Of a stretch of DNA of 29,705 nt, positions 9,627 to 16,659 are shown piece by piece (position 1 is the stretch's first letter; each line of letters starts with the position of its first letter). Source of the DNA: a virus (taxonomy: Duplodnaviria; Caudoviricetes); IMG/VR virus record IMGVR_UViG_3300017749_000080, positions 1-29,705 of that record. One strand, given 5' to 3'. The position numbers and the translations under genes were made by a program. The notes below the pieces were generated by a model. That model searched no databases. It worked only from the letters and a program-made list of their open reading frames with translations, and was not told where the DNA came from.

Positions 9627-9650
9627 TATAACAATCCTAACGAGGTTTAT
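9627..9650 (-). promoter_or_regulatory. Putative phage late promoter ATA-N13-TTGTTATA
   Basis: Exact motif 15 nt upstream of the ATG at 9612. Confidence 0.7.
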
Positions 9651-9912
9651 ATTTGTTAAGTTGTTCTTTATGAATAAGAGATTCCATCAGAGATTTATCT
9701 GATTGATAAGCAAGATATAGTAAACACTGCTCTAAAGGATGTTGAGTTACTGCATCAAATCTTAAGATATCTTCTCCTGCAAGTTGGACAACTGTTGAAT
9801 AGCTTCCCCACTTTCTTCCAAAATTGATTTGATGTTGGGTGATATCTCCGCCTGGTTCTTCAAAGAGTTCAGGGTACCTTTCACTAAGTCCTTGTACAAA
9901 CGAATGAAGAAA
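9637..9912 (-). CDS. Tail assembly chaperone, -1 frameshifted (gpGT-like) C-terminal part
   Basis: Open in the -1 frame of 9762..10415 from a T9 run, with protein-like sequence (ERYPELF...FGRKWGSYSTVVQLAGEDILRFDAVT). The fusion would be ~259 aa. Confidence 0.72.
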   Translation of the reverse strand, partial: FLHSFVQGLSERYPELFEEPGGDITQHQINFGRKWGSYSTVVQLAGEDILRFDAVTQHPLEQCLLYLAYQSDKSLMESLIHKEQLNKYKPR

Positions 9913-10415
9913 AAAAAACAACCAAAGTGAAAATCCATTCCCACTTCCCACCATTTATCTTCATCCCATGGTTCTACTCCGTTGTATTGTTCTACTTCGT
10001 ATAGAGCTCCTTTCTTCTTCTTTACAGGTCTGTATAAGATAGATAAGATAGTTGGCCAGTCATCATTCAGTTGTATGTTCTCAAACTTAGAGATATCTAA
10101 GTATGCTCCGTATGGCATCTGAGATAGATTAGGTTCGAACCCATACTCAACTCCTTCTAATGTTATATTACGTTGTAAAGGATAATCTGTCTTTTGTAAT
10201 AACTTAGTTAAATCTTTTCTGATGTTTGATATAGTATTACCATCTAATTCTTTAATCATATCAGGCGTCATACCTGTTAGGTTATACACCAAGAATGCAT
10301 CTTGTGCTTCTGTATCACCTTCGTGAGTATCCATATCCTTTTGGAATTGAATATATTGTTTTAGTGTTATTGCACTAAAATCATGTGGTACTGTTATCTC
10401 TATTTGTTTCTTCAT
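9762..10415 (-). CDS. Tail assembly chaperone (gpG-like)
   Basis: ITLKQY, EYGFEPNLS.MPYGAYLD and ILSILYRP motifs; slippery TGT TTT TTT TTC at 9909-9920. Confidence 0.7.
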   Translation of the reverse strand: MKKQIEITVPHDFSAITLKQYIQFQKDMDTHEGDTEAQDAFLVYNLTGMTPDMIKELDGNTISNIRKDLTKLLQKTDYPLQRNITLEGVEYGFEPNLSQMPYGAYLDISKFENIQLNDDWPTILSILYRPVKKKKGALYEVEQYNGVEPWDEDKWWEVGMDFHFGCFFFFIRLYKDLVKGTLNSLKNQAEISPNIKSILEESGEAIQQLSNLQEKIS

Positions 10416-10668
10416 AGTTTATATCTATTATATTATCCTTATCTTCTTTCATCTTGTTTATTGTAATGGCTTGATAACCTAACTCTGATTTTAATTTAAA
10501 GTTCTCACTTCTTTTATTTATCATCTCACCTTTCTTTAAAGAAAGCTTAGCTTTTACATCTAATAGCTCATTCTTAAGTTTGTTAACATAATTGGATAAC
10601 ATAATAATATCCATGTATAACTCTTCTCTATCTTTTGTTTTAAACTCTTCTGGTATCTCTTTATTCAT
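10381..10668 (-). CDS. Hypothetical coiled-coil protein
   Basis: 95 aa, translationally coupled to TerL (TAATG). Confidence 0.65.
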   Translation of the reverse strand: MNKEIPEEFKTKDREELYMDIIMLSNYVNKLKNELLDVKAKLSLKKGEMINKRSENFKLKSELGYQAITINKMKEDKDNIIDINYEETNRDNSTT

Positions 10669-11825
10669 TACTTAAATGTTAGTGTGTATTTACCTTTGTT
10701 CTCTGCTTTGATTGATAACCTACTCATCGCTACATATCTCATAGAATCTATCAAGTGGTCTAATCCTCCCTCTGGCTTATCCAATGCTATTCCGTATTTA
10801 TCAGTTGCCCATTGATAAGAGTAAAGTTCGTTAATAAGATTTTGTGAGCTTCTTGGTACGCATATACCATAGTTCTGTAATACACCTATACCAAACTTAA
10901 TAGAATCAGGACCTTTCTTAACTGGCTTTATATTAAATCCACTTCTATATATCTCTTCTATTAATCGAGGCTCTGCACTATCTGCCCATATCTCTGTATT
11001 ACCAACATTTAGTTCATCAAGTTTATTTATGATATCTTTTGTTACCATACCTTTTTCATATAGTAATTCTCTAACGTATAACATATCTCCCTTCTTGTGT
11101 ACTGCTACAATAGCAGTTGGGTCATTAGAGAATCCAAAGTCCATACCTAATGCTATCAATTCTTCTATTGGGTTCTCATCTACTATTTGGAAACTAAAGA
11201 TTGATTTATCGTTAGGAGCAAACTCACCTTTACCATAGATTAACCAATACTTAGGATTCTTAAACTCTAACTCTTCAATAGCCTTTATCATCTCTTGAGG
11301 TAGATAAGGATTATCTTTAAAGGTAGTTGTAAATCTTTCTACATCATCTTGTTCTCTTAACCAATGGTAAGGTGAAACAGTTGGGTTATAAGCTAAGACT
11401 ATATTGCCTGTACAACGAATAGAAAGTTGGAAGTATGATTCTTCATCTATCTCTGATGCTTCATCTATAAACAAAACATCTGATTTAACACCTCTCAGCT
11501 TCTCAGGATCATCTGTATTGATAAACGATAAGGTAGAACCATTCGCAAATGAAAATATCCTATCAGAGATGTTATATCTCTCAGTCTCCCAAATATCAAG
11601 ATTGGTCAGTATATCTTTGAAATCCTTTATAACAGAACGTTTAAGAGAAGGAACGGTTCTTCTTACCACAGTTATATCTAATCTTTCTTGTAATGCTCTT
11701 ACAATCAACCATTGGAGTATAGCGTAAGTCTTTCCACTTCTCGTACCACCAATGTGTTGAGTGATTCTCTTCTGTGAGTTTAGAAGGTTATCAAATGTTA
11801 TAGTTGTATCAATCGTTATCTTCAC
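10668..11825 (-). CDS. terL: Terminase large subunit, PBSX/SPP1 family
   Basis: Walker A GGTRSGKT, Walker B LFIDEASE, AYNP, nuclease GMDFGFSNDP, WADSAEP and DHLIDSMRY. Confidence 0.95.
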   Translation of the reverse strand: MKITIDTTITFDNLLNSQKRITQHIGGTRSGKTYAILQWLIVRALQERLDITVVRRTVPSLKRSVIKDFKDILTNLDIWETERYNISDRIFSFANGSTLSFINTDDPEKLRGVKSDVLFIDEASEIDEESYFQLSIRCTGNIVLAYNPTVSPYHWLREQDDVERFTTTFKDNPYLPQEMIKAIEELEFKNPKYWLIYGKGEFAPNDKSIFSFQIVDENPIEELIALGMDFGFSNDPTAIVAVHKKGDMLYVRELLYEKGMVTKDIINKLDELNVGNTEIWADSAEPRLIEEIYRSGFNIKPVKKGPDSIKFGIGVLQNYGICVPRSSQNLINELYSYQWATDKYGIALDKPEGGLDHLIDSMRYVAMSRLSIKAENKGKYTLTFK

Positions 11826-12108
11826 TACCGCTTCTGTTTATGTTAACTGTAATTTGTTGGATACGCTGGTCTATCTCTGCTCTCATCTCTACCGATTTCT
11901 GTTTAGGTACAACGTACTCTAACAATCTCATATAAAGTTTAGCAGCTTCTGCAGGATTTTCTTTTCTAATCTTCTCTAAATCTTCTGAGATATTATTTAA
12001 CCCTTGATTAGCAACTCTAGCAATAGTTAGTTTAGCCTGTTCTGTTGAACGGTTTAACTTACCTGCTGGTCTACCCTTACCTAATTTGTTTCCTTTTTGA
12101 AATGGCAT
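11809..12108 (-). CDS. Putative terminase small subunit
   Basis: MPFQKGNKLGKGRPAG N-terminus (DUF5681-like), overlapping the TerL start, under a late-promoter motif. Confidence 0.7.
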   Translation of the reverse strand: MPFQKGNKLGKGRPAGKLNRSTEQAKLTIARVANQGLNNISEDLEKIRKENPAEAAKLYMRLLEYVVPKQKSVEMRAEIDQRIQQITVNINRSGSEDND

Positions 12109-12130
12109 GTTAACGTATGTTATTTAATCA

Positions 12131-12154
12131 TATAACAAGTATATACGAATATAT
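12131..12154 (-). promoter_or_regulatory. Putative phage late promoter ATA-N13-TTGTTATA
   Basis: Exact motif 23 nt upstream of the TerS ATG. Confidence 0.7.
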
Positions 12155-12447
12155 TAGTAAAGAGTGTATTGAACTAATATCTCTTCTCCTTCACTTATCT
12201 TTCTAATACTATACAAGGTTCTTATTGTCAAACCTTCTTTTATTATACAATTAGGATTATCTGAATGATTTACAAAACCTCCTAATGGCGTTCTAATTAA
12301 CTCATCTTCTATCCAATGATGCGTTATACCAAATGAATGGTTATCGTTTATCTCTTCTGTTGCAAATAACCCTAATCCATCTGTATTAGATTGTTTTACA
12401 GTTACTTCATTAGGTAAAGGCCTGTATGTACCCTTAAACTTCTTCAC
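12154..12447 (-). CDS. Minimal SET-domain protein (putative lysine methyltransferase)
   Basis: SET motifs GLGLFATEEI, GFVNHSDNPNC and RKISEGEEILVQY. Confidence 0.88.
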   Translation of the reverse strand: MKKFKGTYRPLPNEVTVKQSNTDGLGLFATEEINDNHSFGITHHWIEDELIRTPLGGFVNHSDNPNCIIKEGLTIRTLYSIRKISEGEEILVQYTLY

Positions 12448-12449
12448 TT

Positions 12450-12671
12450 CTAATGATGTTTATCTTCTTCTCGTAGTTCTTGTAACAACTTTTGGTTTAA
12501 CCGTATTGCCTCTTGTCTTTTCTTTCTTCTTCTTGTTGTTGGTTTCACATACTCTCTCCTATCCTTAAATTCTTGTATGTGTTCTGATTCTTTTACTAAA
12601 CGTTTAAAAAGTTTTAGTGCTTTATTAATTTGTGCGTTTCTTACCTTTACTTTTACTTTTGATTTACTCAT
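12450..12671 (-). CDS. rpsU: Phage-encoded ribosomal protein bS21
   Basis: 73 aa, basic, with V.VRN..INKALKLFKR.V...I.E.K.RREYVKPT.RRRKK..EA matching the bS21 signature. Confidence 0.9.
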   Translation of the reverse strand: MSKSKVKVKVRNAQINKALKLFKRLVKESEHIQEFKDRREYVKPTTRRRKKRQEAIRLNQKLLQELREEDKHH

Positions 12672-12687
12672 TGTATATATGTATATA

Positions 12688-13017
12688 TTAACTATTCTTA
12701 CCCCAACCTAATCCTCTTGCTCTTACTTCCATCTTAGCTTTATCAGAATCAGAGTAAGTATCCCATACAAACTTCTGATACCAACCATTGGGTTTTAACA
12801 TTAATTCAGATATTTCTGTAATGTATTTTTGCCAAAGGTGATGATTGTTATAATTTAATTTTCTATTTCTTGCTTCACCGATTGGTCTGTACCACAAATC
12901 TTCAGGGTACTTATCTTTTATCTTTTGTTTTTGTTTATTATATCTTTCGTAGTATTTGTTTTCTAATAACATATCTTCGTTAACGGTTGATATTAGAGAC
13001 TTTCCTTTATTTGCCAT
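12688..13017 (-). CDS. Hypothetical protein
   Basis: 109 aa, coupled to the sigma gene stop (TAATG). Confidence 0.65.
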   Translation of the reverse strand: MANKGKSLISTVNEDMLLENKYYERYNKQKQKIKDKYPEDLWYRPIGEARNRKLNYNNHHLWQKYITEISELMLKPNGWYQKFVWDTYSDSDKAKMEVRARGLGWGKNS

Positions 13018-13574
13018 TATTTATTGTATTTATCGTTAAACTTATTTTTTAAATGTTGTTTTATCTTCTTTACGTTTAGAAAGGTAGTTGATTTTGATAT
13101 TCCTATATCTCCTGATAGTTCTTCCATTGTCTTATCACTAAAGGTATATAGCTCATATATCTTAGCTGATGACCACATAGAGGTTCCTTGTAGTTGTTTT
13201 ATCTCTTTTTTGATTAACTCAAATAACTCTTGGTTGTTTTTATCTGATTCTGTATCATATGGAATATCTTCTGCATCTCTCCACTTCTGCGGATATACCT
13301 TTTTGTTTTCTCTCTTTACCAAGTTTATCCAACGAGAACGTAGAAAGTTATGGCAATATAAAAGATTAAAAGAATCTTGAAAGAATAACTTAGGGTTCTT
13401 CTTTTCAGCAAGATAAAGATATAAATCTTGTACCAAATCTTCTGATACTGATTTGTTATTAGCAAGGTTATAAGATACTGCTTGTAACCAATCATCGTGT
13501 TTGGTAAACAGTACTCCTAATCTTGTTTGTATCTCTAATTCTAAAGAACCACTATACATACCAATCTTTAACAA
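13017..13574 (-). CDS. Phage RNA polymerase sigma factor (ECF-like)
   Basis: Region-2-like SEDLVQDLYLYL...FLRSRWINLVKRE and region-4 HTH TMEELSGDIGISKSTTFLNVKKIKQHLK. Confidence 0.82.
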   Translation of the reverse strand: MLKIGMYSGSLELEIQTRLGVLFTKHDDWLQAVSYNLANNKSVSEDLVQDLYLYLAEKKNPKLFFQDSFNLLYCHNFLRSRWINLVKRENKKVYPQKWRDAEDIPYDTESDKNNQELFELIKKEIKQLQGTSMWSSAKIYELYTFSDKTMEELSGDIGISKSTTFLNVKKIKQHLKNKFNDKYNK

Positions 13575-13794
13575 AAGCTCTTATAGTTTCAACTGCTCTT
13601 CTCCAATGTTGTGCTGATTTTCCACACATACATGGTTTCTTTTCTTGCTCGTTGATTATCTTAGTGTATTTACTCCATACCCATCCTGCTACTTCTGTGG
13701 ATAAATGGTTACCTACATTCTCTATAACTTCTTTCATCTCTGAAACTTCTTCTTCTGTGAATCTATCTCTATCAAATTGTGTCATATCTACCAA
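13552..13794 (-). CDS. Hypothetical protein with CxC motif
   Basis: 80 aa, KPCMCG; overlaps both neighbours in the operon. Confidence 0.65.
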   Translation of the reverse strand: MVDMTQFDRDRFTEEEVSEMKEVIENVGNHLSTEVAGWVWSKYTKIINEQEKKPCMCGKSAQHWRRAVETIRAFVKDWYV

Positions 13795-14003
13795 AGTTTT
13801 ATTTTATCGCAATCACCATTAAAGGTTTTGCAAGTTAATCTGTTTAACCATTGTTCTCTTTCACAACAACCACAAGATTCAAAGTTGAACAAATCAACTG
13901 CTATCCAAGTTGCTATATACTTTCCTGTTCCTAAAGTTACGATGTTGATTAGTACTCTTAACCAAGAGCCTAATTTAATTTTACATAAATCTACCTTTTT
14001 CAT
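13788..14003 (-). CDS. Small Cys-rich hypothetical protein
   Basis: KLG...T..TG...SCGCCEREQWLN, a pattern I recognise from Bacteroidota phages. Confidence 0.7.
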   Translation of the reverse strand: MKKVDLCKIKLGSWLRVLINIVTLGTGKYIATWIAVDLFNFESCGCCEREQWLNRLTCKTFNGDCDKIKLW

Positions 14004-14583
14004 CTCTTTTTCTGTTTTTGTATTTATTTTTTAAACTTCTAAAGTTAGTATCTGTATAATAATCGTTAAATGTTGGATTGTATCTTACTGTATGAAACTT
14101 ACGTTCACCACCACTCCAATCTATTTTATGCATTATATCTTTTATAACTCTAAATACAATGTTAGAATTAATACCATAAACCTCAGCAACTTTCTTATAT
14201 GTACCTAACTTCTTATAATGTTCAATAAACTCATCTCTGTATTCTCTCCAATGTATATCTTTACCTTTGTAATACTTGGTTTTATTATTTCTTGGAGTTA
14301 GTATCTGTAAGTTATCTACTGAGTTATTGGATGTATCACCATCTACATGGTCTATCTCGTTTCCTTCAGGTATCTTACCAACAAAGGTTTCATATACTAA
14401 TCTATGAATGTATTGTAATTTACCTCTTTTATATTCTTTATTAAATAATCTTACTTGATAATATCCTTTTTTACTTTGTGATGCTTTCTGTGGTTTCAAT
14501 ACCTTTGGCTTTCCCCACATAGATGAGTAGACCTCACCTTCTCTTGTTATTTTATATTTGTTATACCCTTCTATTGTTATCAT
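13981..14583 (-). CDS. NUMOD4/HNH homing endonuclease
   Basis: Y.ITREGEVYS, GYYQVRL, IHRLVYETF, EIDHVDGDTSNNSVDNLQILT..NN, plus a C-terminal HTH-like segment. Confidence 0.9.
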   Translation of the reverse strand: MITIEGYNKYKITREGEVYSSMWGKPKVLKPQKASQSKKGYYQVRLFNKEYKRGKLQYIHRLVYETFVGKIPEGNEIDHVDGDTSNNSVDNLQILTPRNNKTKYYKGKDIHWREYRDEFIEHYKKLGTYKKVAEVYGINSNIVFRVIKDIMHKIDWSGGERKFHTVRYNPTFNDYYTDTNFRSLKNKYKNRKRDEKGRFM

Positions 14584-14798
14584 AGTGTTATTGCGTTTAT
14601 TTTAAAATCATCATCTAATATGTTATCTAAGAACCATTGCCATTCTTCTATTTTTTCTGATAACATCTTATAATCTTTTATTGTTTCAGGTTCATTGAAA
14701 ACATAGTATAGTGCATTCTCTTCAATACCTCTTTGTACCTTCTCATACTCATTTATCTGATGTATAACGAACTTTCTCAACTTAAGGTATGATATCAT
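14580..14798 (-). CDS. Hypothetical protein (start likely MISYLKL at 14798)
   Basis: The track's longer N-terminus overlaps a more protein-like ORF in another frame. The stop overlaps the HNH start (ATGA). Confidence 0.6.
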   Translation of the reverse strand: MISYLKLRKFVIHQINEYEKVQRGIEENALYYVFNEPETIKDYKMLSEKIEEWQWFLDNILDDDFKINAITL

Positions 14799-14805
14799 AC
14801 TATCA

Positions 14806-14946
14806 TTAGGTGCGAAGTGTTCTAAGAAGTTCTGTGAGTTGTCTGTATCTTGTCCATGCATATTCATCTTGACCTGATTGTGCTAAGGTTAATTGAGCTC
14901 TTTGCTCTTCCTCAAGTTTTGTTATTTGTTCTTTTGATGTTTTCAA
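14806..14946 (-). CDS. Small hypothetical protein (46 aa, TTG start)
   Basis: Hand translation MKTSKEQITKLEEEQRAQLTLAQSGQDEYAWTRYRQLTELLRTLRT fills the gap in the operon. Confidence 0.5.
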   Translation of the reverse strand: MKTSKEQITKLEEEQRAQLTLAQSGQDEYAWTRYRQLTELLRTLRT

Positions 14947-15079
14947 TTTCTTCTTCTAACTTGGTTAGTCTCTTTTTTATTCTATCTACTTCATAAGAAA
15001 ATTCTATCTTAGCTTCTGCTGCTTTAGATTCTTTCAGTAGTGCTTCTAAGCCTGATATTATTTCTTCTCTTCTGCTCAT
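14912..15079 (-). CDS. Small coiled-coil hypothetical protein (55 aa)
   Basis: Hand translation MSRREEIISGLEALLKESKAAEAKIEFSYEVDRIKKRLTKLEEEIENIKRTNNKT; ATG directly after the upstream stop. Confidence 0.65.
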   Translation of the reverse strand: MSRREEIISGLEALLKESKAAEAKIEFSYEVDRIKKRLTKLEEEIENIKRTNNKT

Positions 15080-15367
15080 TTATAATAATATAAAATCATC
15101 ATCTGTATCTTTCTTGTTCAACTTACGTTGGAAATCACAGAATTGTTTAATAAGTGAATAGTGTTGAAAATACATTCTTTTATTTTCTTTCACTTCTCTT
15201 AGTGCTATAAGAGCTGATTCTTCATATCCTTCAGGTGATGATATCTCTAACAGATAATCTTCTGCTTCTGCAATTAATTTCTTAACTTCAGATTTGCCTG
15301 ATTTCATTAAATCTTTAAATTCTGCTCTTAATCTTTCTTCGTGTTGTTCTACTTGTTCTTTGCTCAT
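15080..15367 (-). CDS. Hypothetical protein
   Basis: 95 aa, ATGA-coupled to the replication initiator. Confidence 0.65.
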   Translation of the reverse strand: MSKEQVEQHEERLRAEFKDLMKSGKSEVKKLIAEAEDYLLEISSPEGYEESALIALREVKENKRMYFQHYSLIKQFCDFQRKLNKKDTDDDFILL

Positions 15368-15999
15368 GTTAGTATATCTAATTTATTATTAATTGTTCTT
15401 ATCCAATTATTTTTTACTGATACATCATCTGTATATACTTCTAATGCTTTATCAATAGTACCAAAATCTTCTAACAGGTCTGAGTATCCTTGATTGAATG
15501 TAGTTACATCTAATAGTTTATCAAACATTTTATCTACTAGTTTATAACTTACATTTGCACTTCCAGACGCAATTGCATTTTCATTTCCAGTTCCAGTTCC
15601 AGTAAGGTTTTGTTTAGGTTTACCTTTAGGTTTACTTTTGGTTTCTTTTAGGTTAACCAAATTAGAACCCATAGGTTTATTTTGGGTTTTAGGTCTACCA
15701 CCTAACTTACCATTATTTCTACTTGCATCAGTTCTAATCTTTCTATTCTCTATTTCCATAGCCATCCTATCATTGTAGTAATAACCATCAGAATGTAGAG
15801 GAAACTTTTCTAATATAGTTTCATCTCCATCAGCTAATTTTAAATCATTAAGTGTAAGTTTGTTTTGTTTCTGATGTTGGTAACATAATAGTATAATGTA
15901 TTTGCCTCGTTGTTCATCAGTCATTGTAAGAGTACCTACTATAAAGTCCTGTGTATATAGTAATACAGCCGGGTCTTTACCATTTGTTTGTTTTTTCAT
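15364..15999 (-). CDS. Replication initiator, DUF1376/YdaU (lambda O-like) type
   Basis: KDPAVLLY.QDF..GT..MTDEQRGKYI.LLC.Q, N.RM..E, SRNNGKLGGRPK and a low-complexity linker carrying DNA repeats. Confidence 0.78.
   Translation of the reverse strand: MKKQTNGKDPAVLLYTQDFIVGTLTMTDEQRGKYIILLCYQHQKQNKLTLNDLKLADGDETILEKFPLHSDGYYYNDRMAMEIENRKIRTDASRNNGKLGGRPKTQNKPMGSNLVNLKETKSKPKGKPKQNLTGTGTGNENAIASGSANVSYKLVDKMFDKLLDVTTFNQGYSDLLEDFGTIDKALEVYTDDVSVKNNWIRTINNKLDILT
15603..15696. repeat. Iteron-like repeats (TTTAGGTTT variants), putative replication origin
   Basis: About eight degenerate (T)TAGGTT(T) units, partly at ~12-nt spacing, inside the initiator gene linker. Confidence 0.55.
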
Positions 16000-16023
16000 A
16001 TTATAATCCTTTCTTTATTTGTA

Positions 16024-16055
16024 CAAATATACGAAATATTTTTTAAACTACCAAA
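16024..16055 (-). promoter_or_regulatory. Bacteroidota primary-sigma promoter (early, leftward)
   Basis: Minus strand TTTG (16052-16055), 20-nt spacer, TATATTTG (16024-16031), matching the -33/-7 consensus; upstream of the initiator. Confidence 0.85.
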
Positions 16056-16148
16056 TAATTTGATAACTTTCTTTGACATACATTTCGTATTTACTTCTAT
16101 ATATATAAGTATAGAGTTTTTTCCGAAACGTAAAAAAAATGTATAAAT

Positions 16149-16186
16149 AAAAAAAAAGCCACCCGTTATGTCAATAGGTGGCTTTT
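16149..16186 (-). terminator. Intrinsic terminator (possibly bidirectional)
   Basis: AAAAGCCACC-13 nt-GGTGGCTTTT with a T9 tail on the minus strand. Confidence 0.8.
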
Positions 16187-16240
16187 GAAAGGTATATAAT
16201 ATAGTTGGATACAAAATGGCAAAATCCTGTACCTATATAA
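16149..16240 (-). ncRNA. Candidate ~90-nt small RNA
   Basis: Bounded by a late-type promoter (16244-16267) and the terminator, with no credible ORF and an internal stem-loop. The 5' end is approximate. Confidence 0.45.
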
Positions 16241-16243
16241 ACA

Positions 16244-16267
16244 TATAACAAATAATATTTAATTTGT
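16244..16267 (-). promoter_or_regulatory. Putative phage late promoter ACA-N13-TTGTTATA
   Basis: Same spacing as the other seven copies but not followed by a gene. Confidence 0.55.
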
Positions 16268-16303
16268 TTAGTAATGTATAAAAGAAAAACAATCATTAAA
16301 TAA

Positions 16304-16335
16304 TTTGGATAATTCAAATATTTTTCGTATCTTTA
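16304..16335 (+). promoter_or_regulatory. Bacteroidota-type promoter (rightward, copy 1)
   Basis: TTTG-N20-TATCTTTA with the TTTCG extension shared with 16024-16055. Confidence 0.7.
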
Positions 16336-16398
16336 CATAGTAAACAGTTAAATTATATGATTAACCAAAAAAATATTTCAAAAATAATTACCAAAAAA

Positions 16399-16430
16399 TT
16401 TGGATATATCAAAAATATTTCGTATATTTA
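16399..16430 (+). promoter_or_regulatory. Bacteroidota-type promoter (rightward, copy 2)
   Basis: TTTG-N20-TATATTTA, upstream of 16465. Confidence 0.72.
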
Positions 16431-16464
16431 CAGAGTAAATTAATAACAATAAAATATAAACATT

Positions 16465-16659
16465 ATGATGAAATTACAATTCAACGAAACAACTTATGAG
16501 TTCAAACCATATTATGTTGACCATAACGAACTACACATCTTCAAAGATGGTAAATTAGTACACAAGCAGTTTATGCACGTGGATTTGTTTAAAACAGGTT
16601 ATCTAAGCCTTAAGGAATGTGTTAATTTAATTAACAATAACAATTTAGAAAATGAGTAA
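16465..16659 (+). CDS. Hypothetical early protein
   Basis: 64 aa with an A-rich leader after tandem promoters, overlapping the glycosyltransferase start. Confidence 0.7.
   Translation: MMKLQFNETTYEFKPYYVDHNELHIFKDGKLVHKQFMHVDLFKTGYLSLKECVNLINNNNLENE

Noticed and set aside
14763-14786. TCGTTATA resembling the late promoter
   Set aside because: It is intragenic and lacks the AYA element at the 13-nt spacing.
15996-16214. 72-aa ORF in the control region
   Set aside because: It has a TTG start and runs through a terminator and a promoter, so it is better explained as non-coding regulatory DNA.
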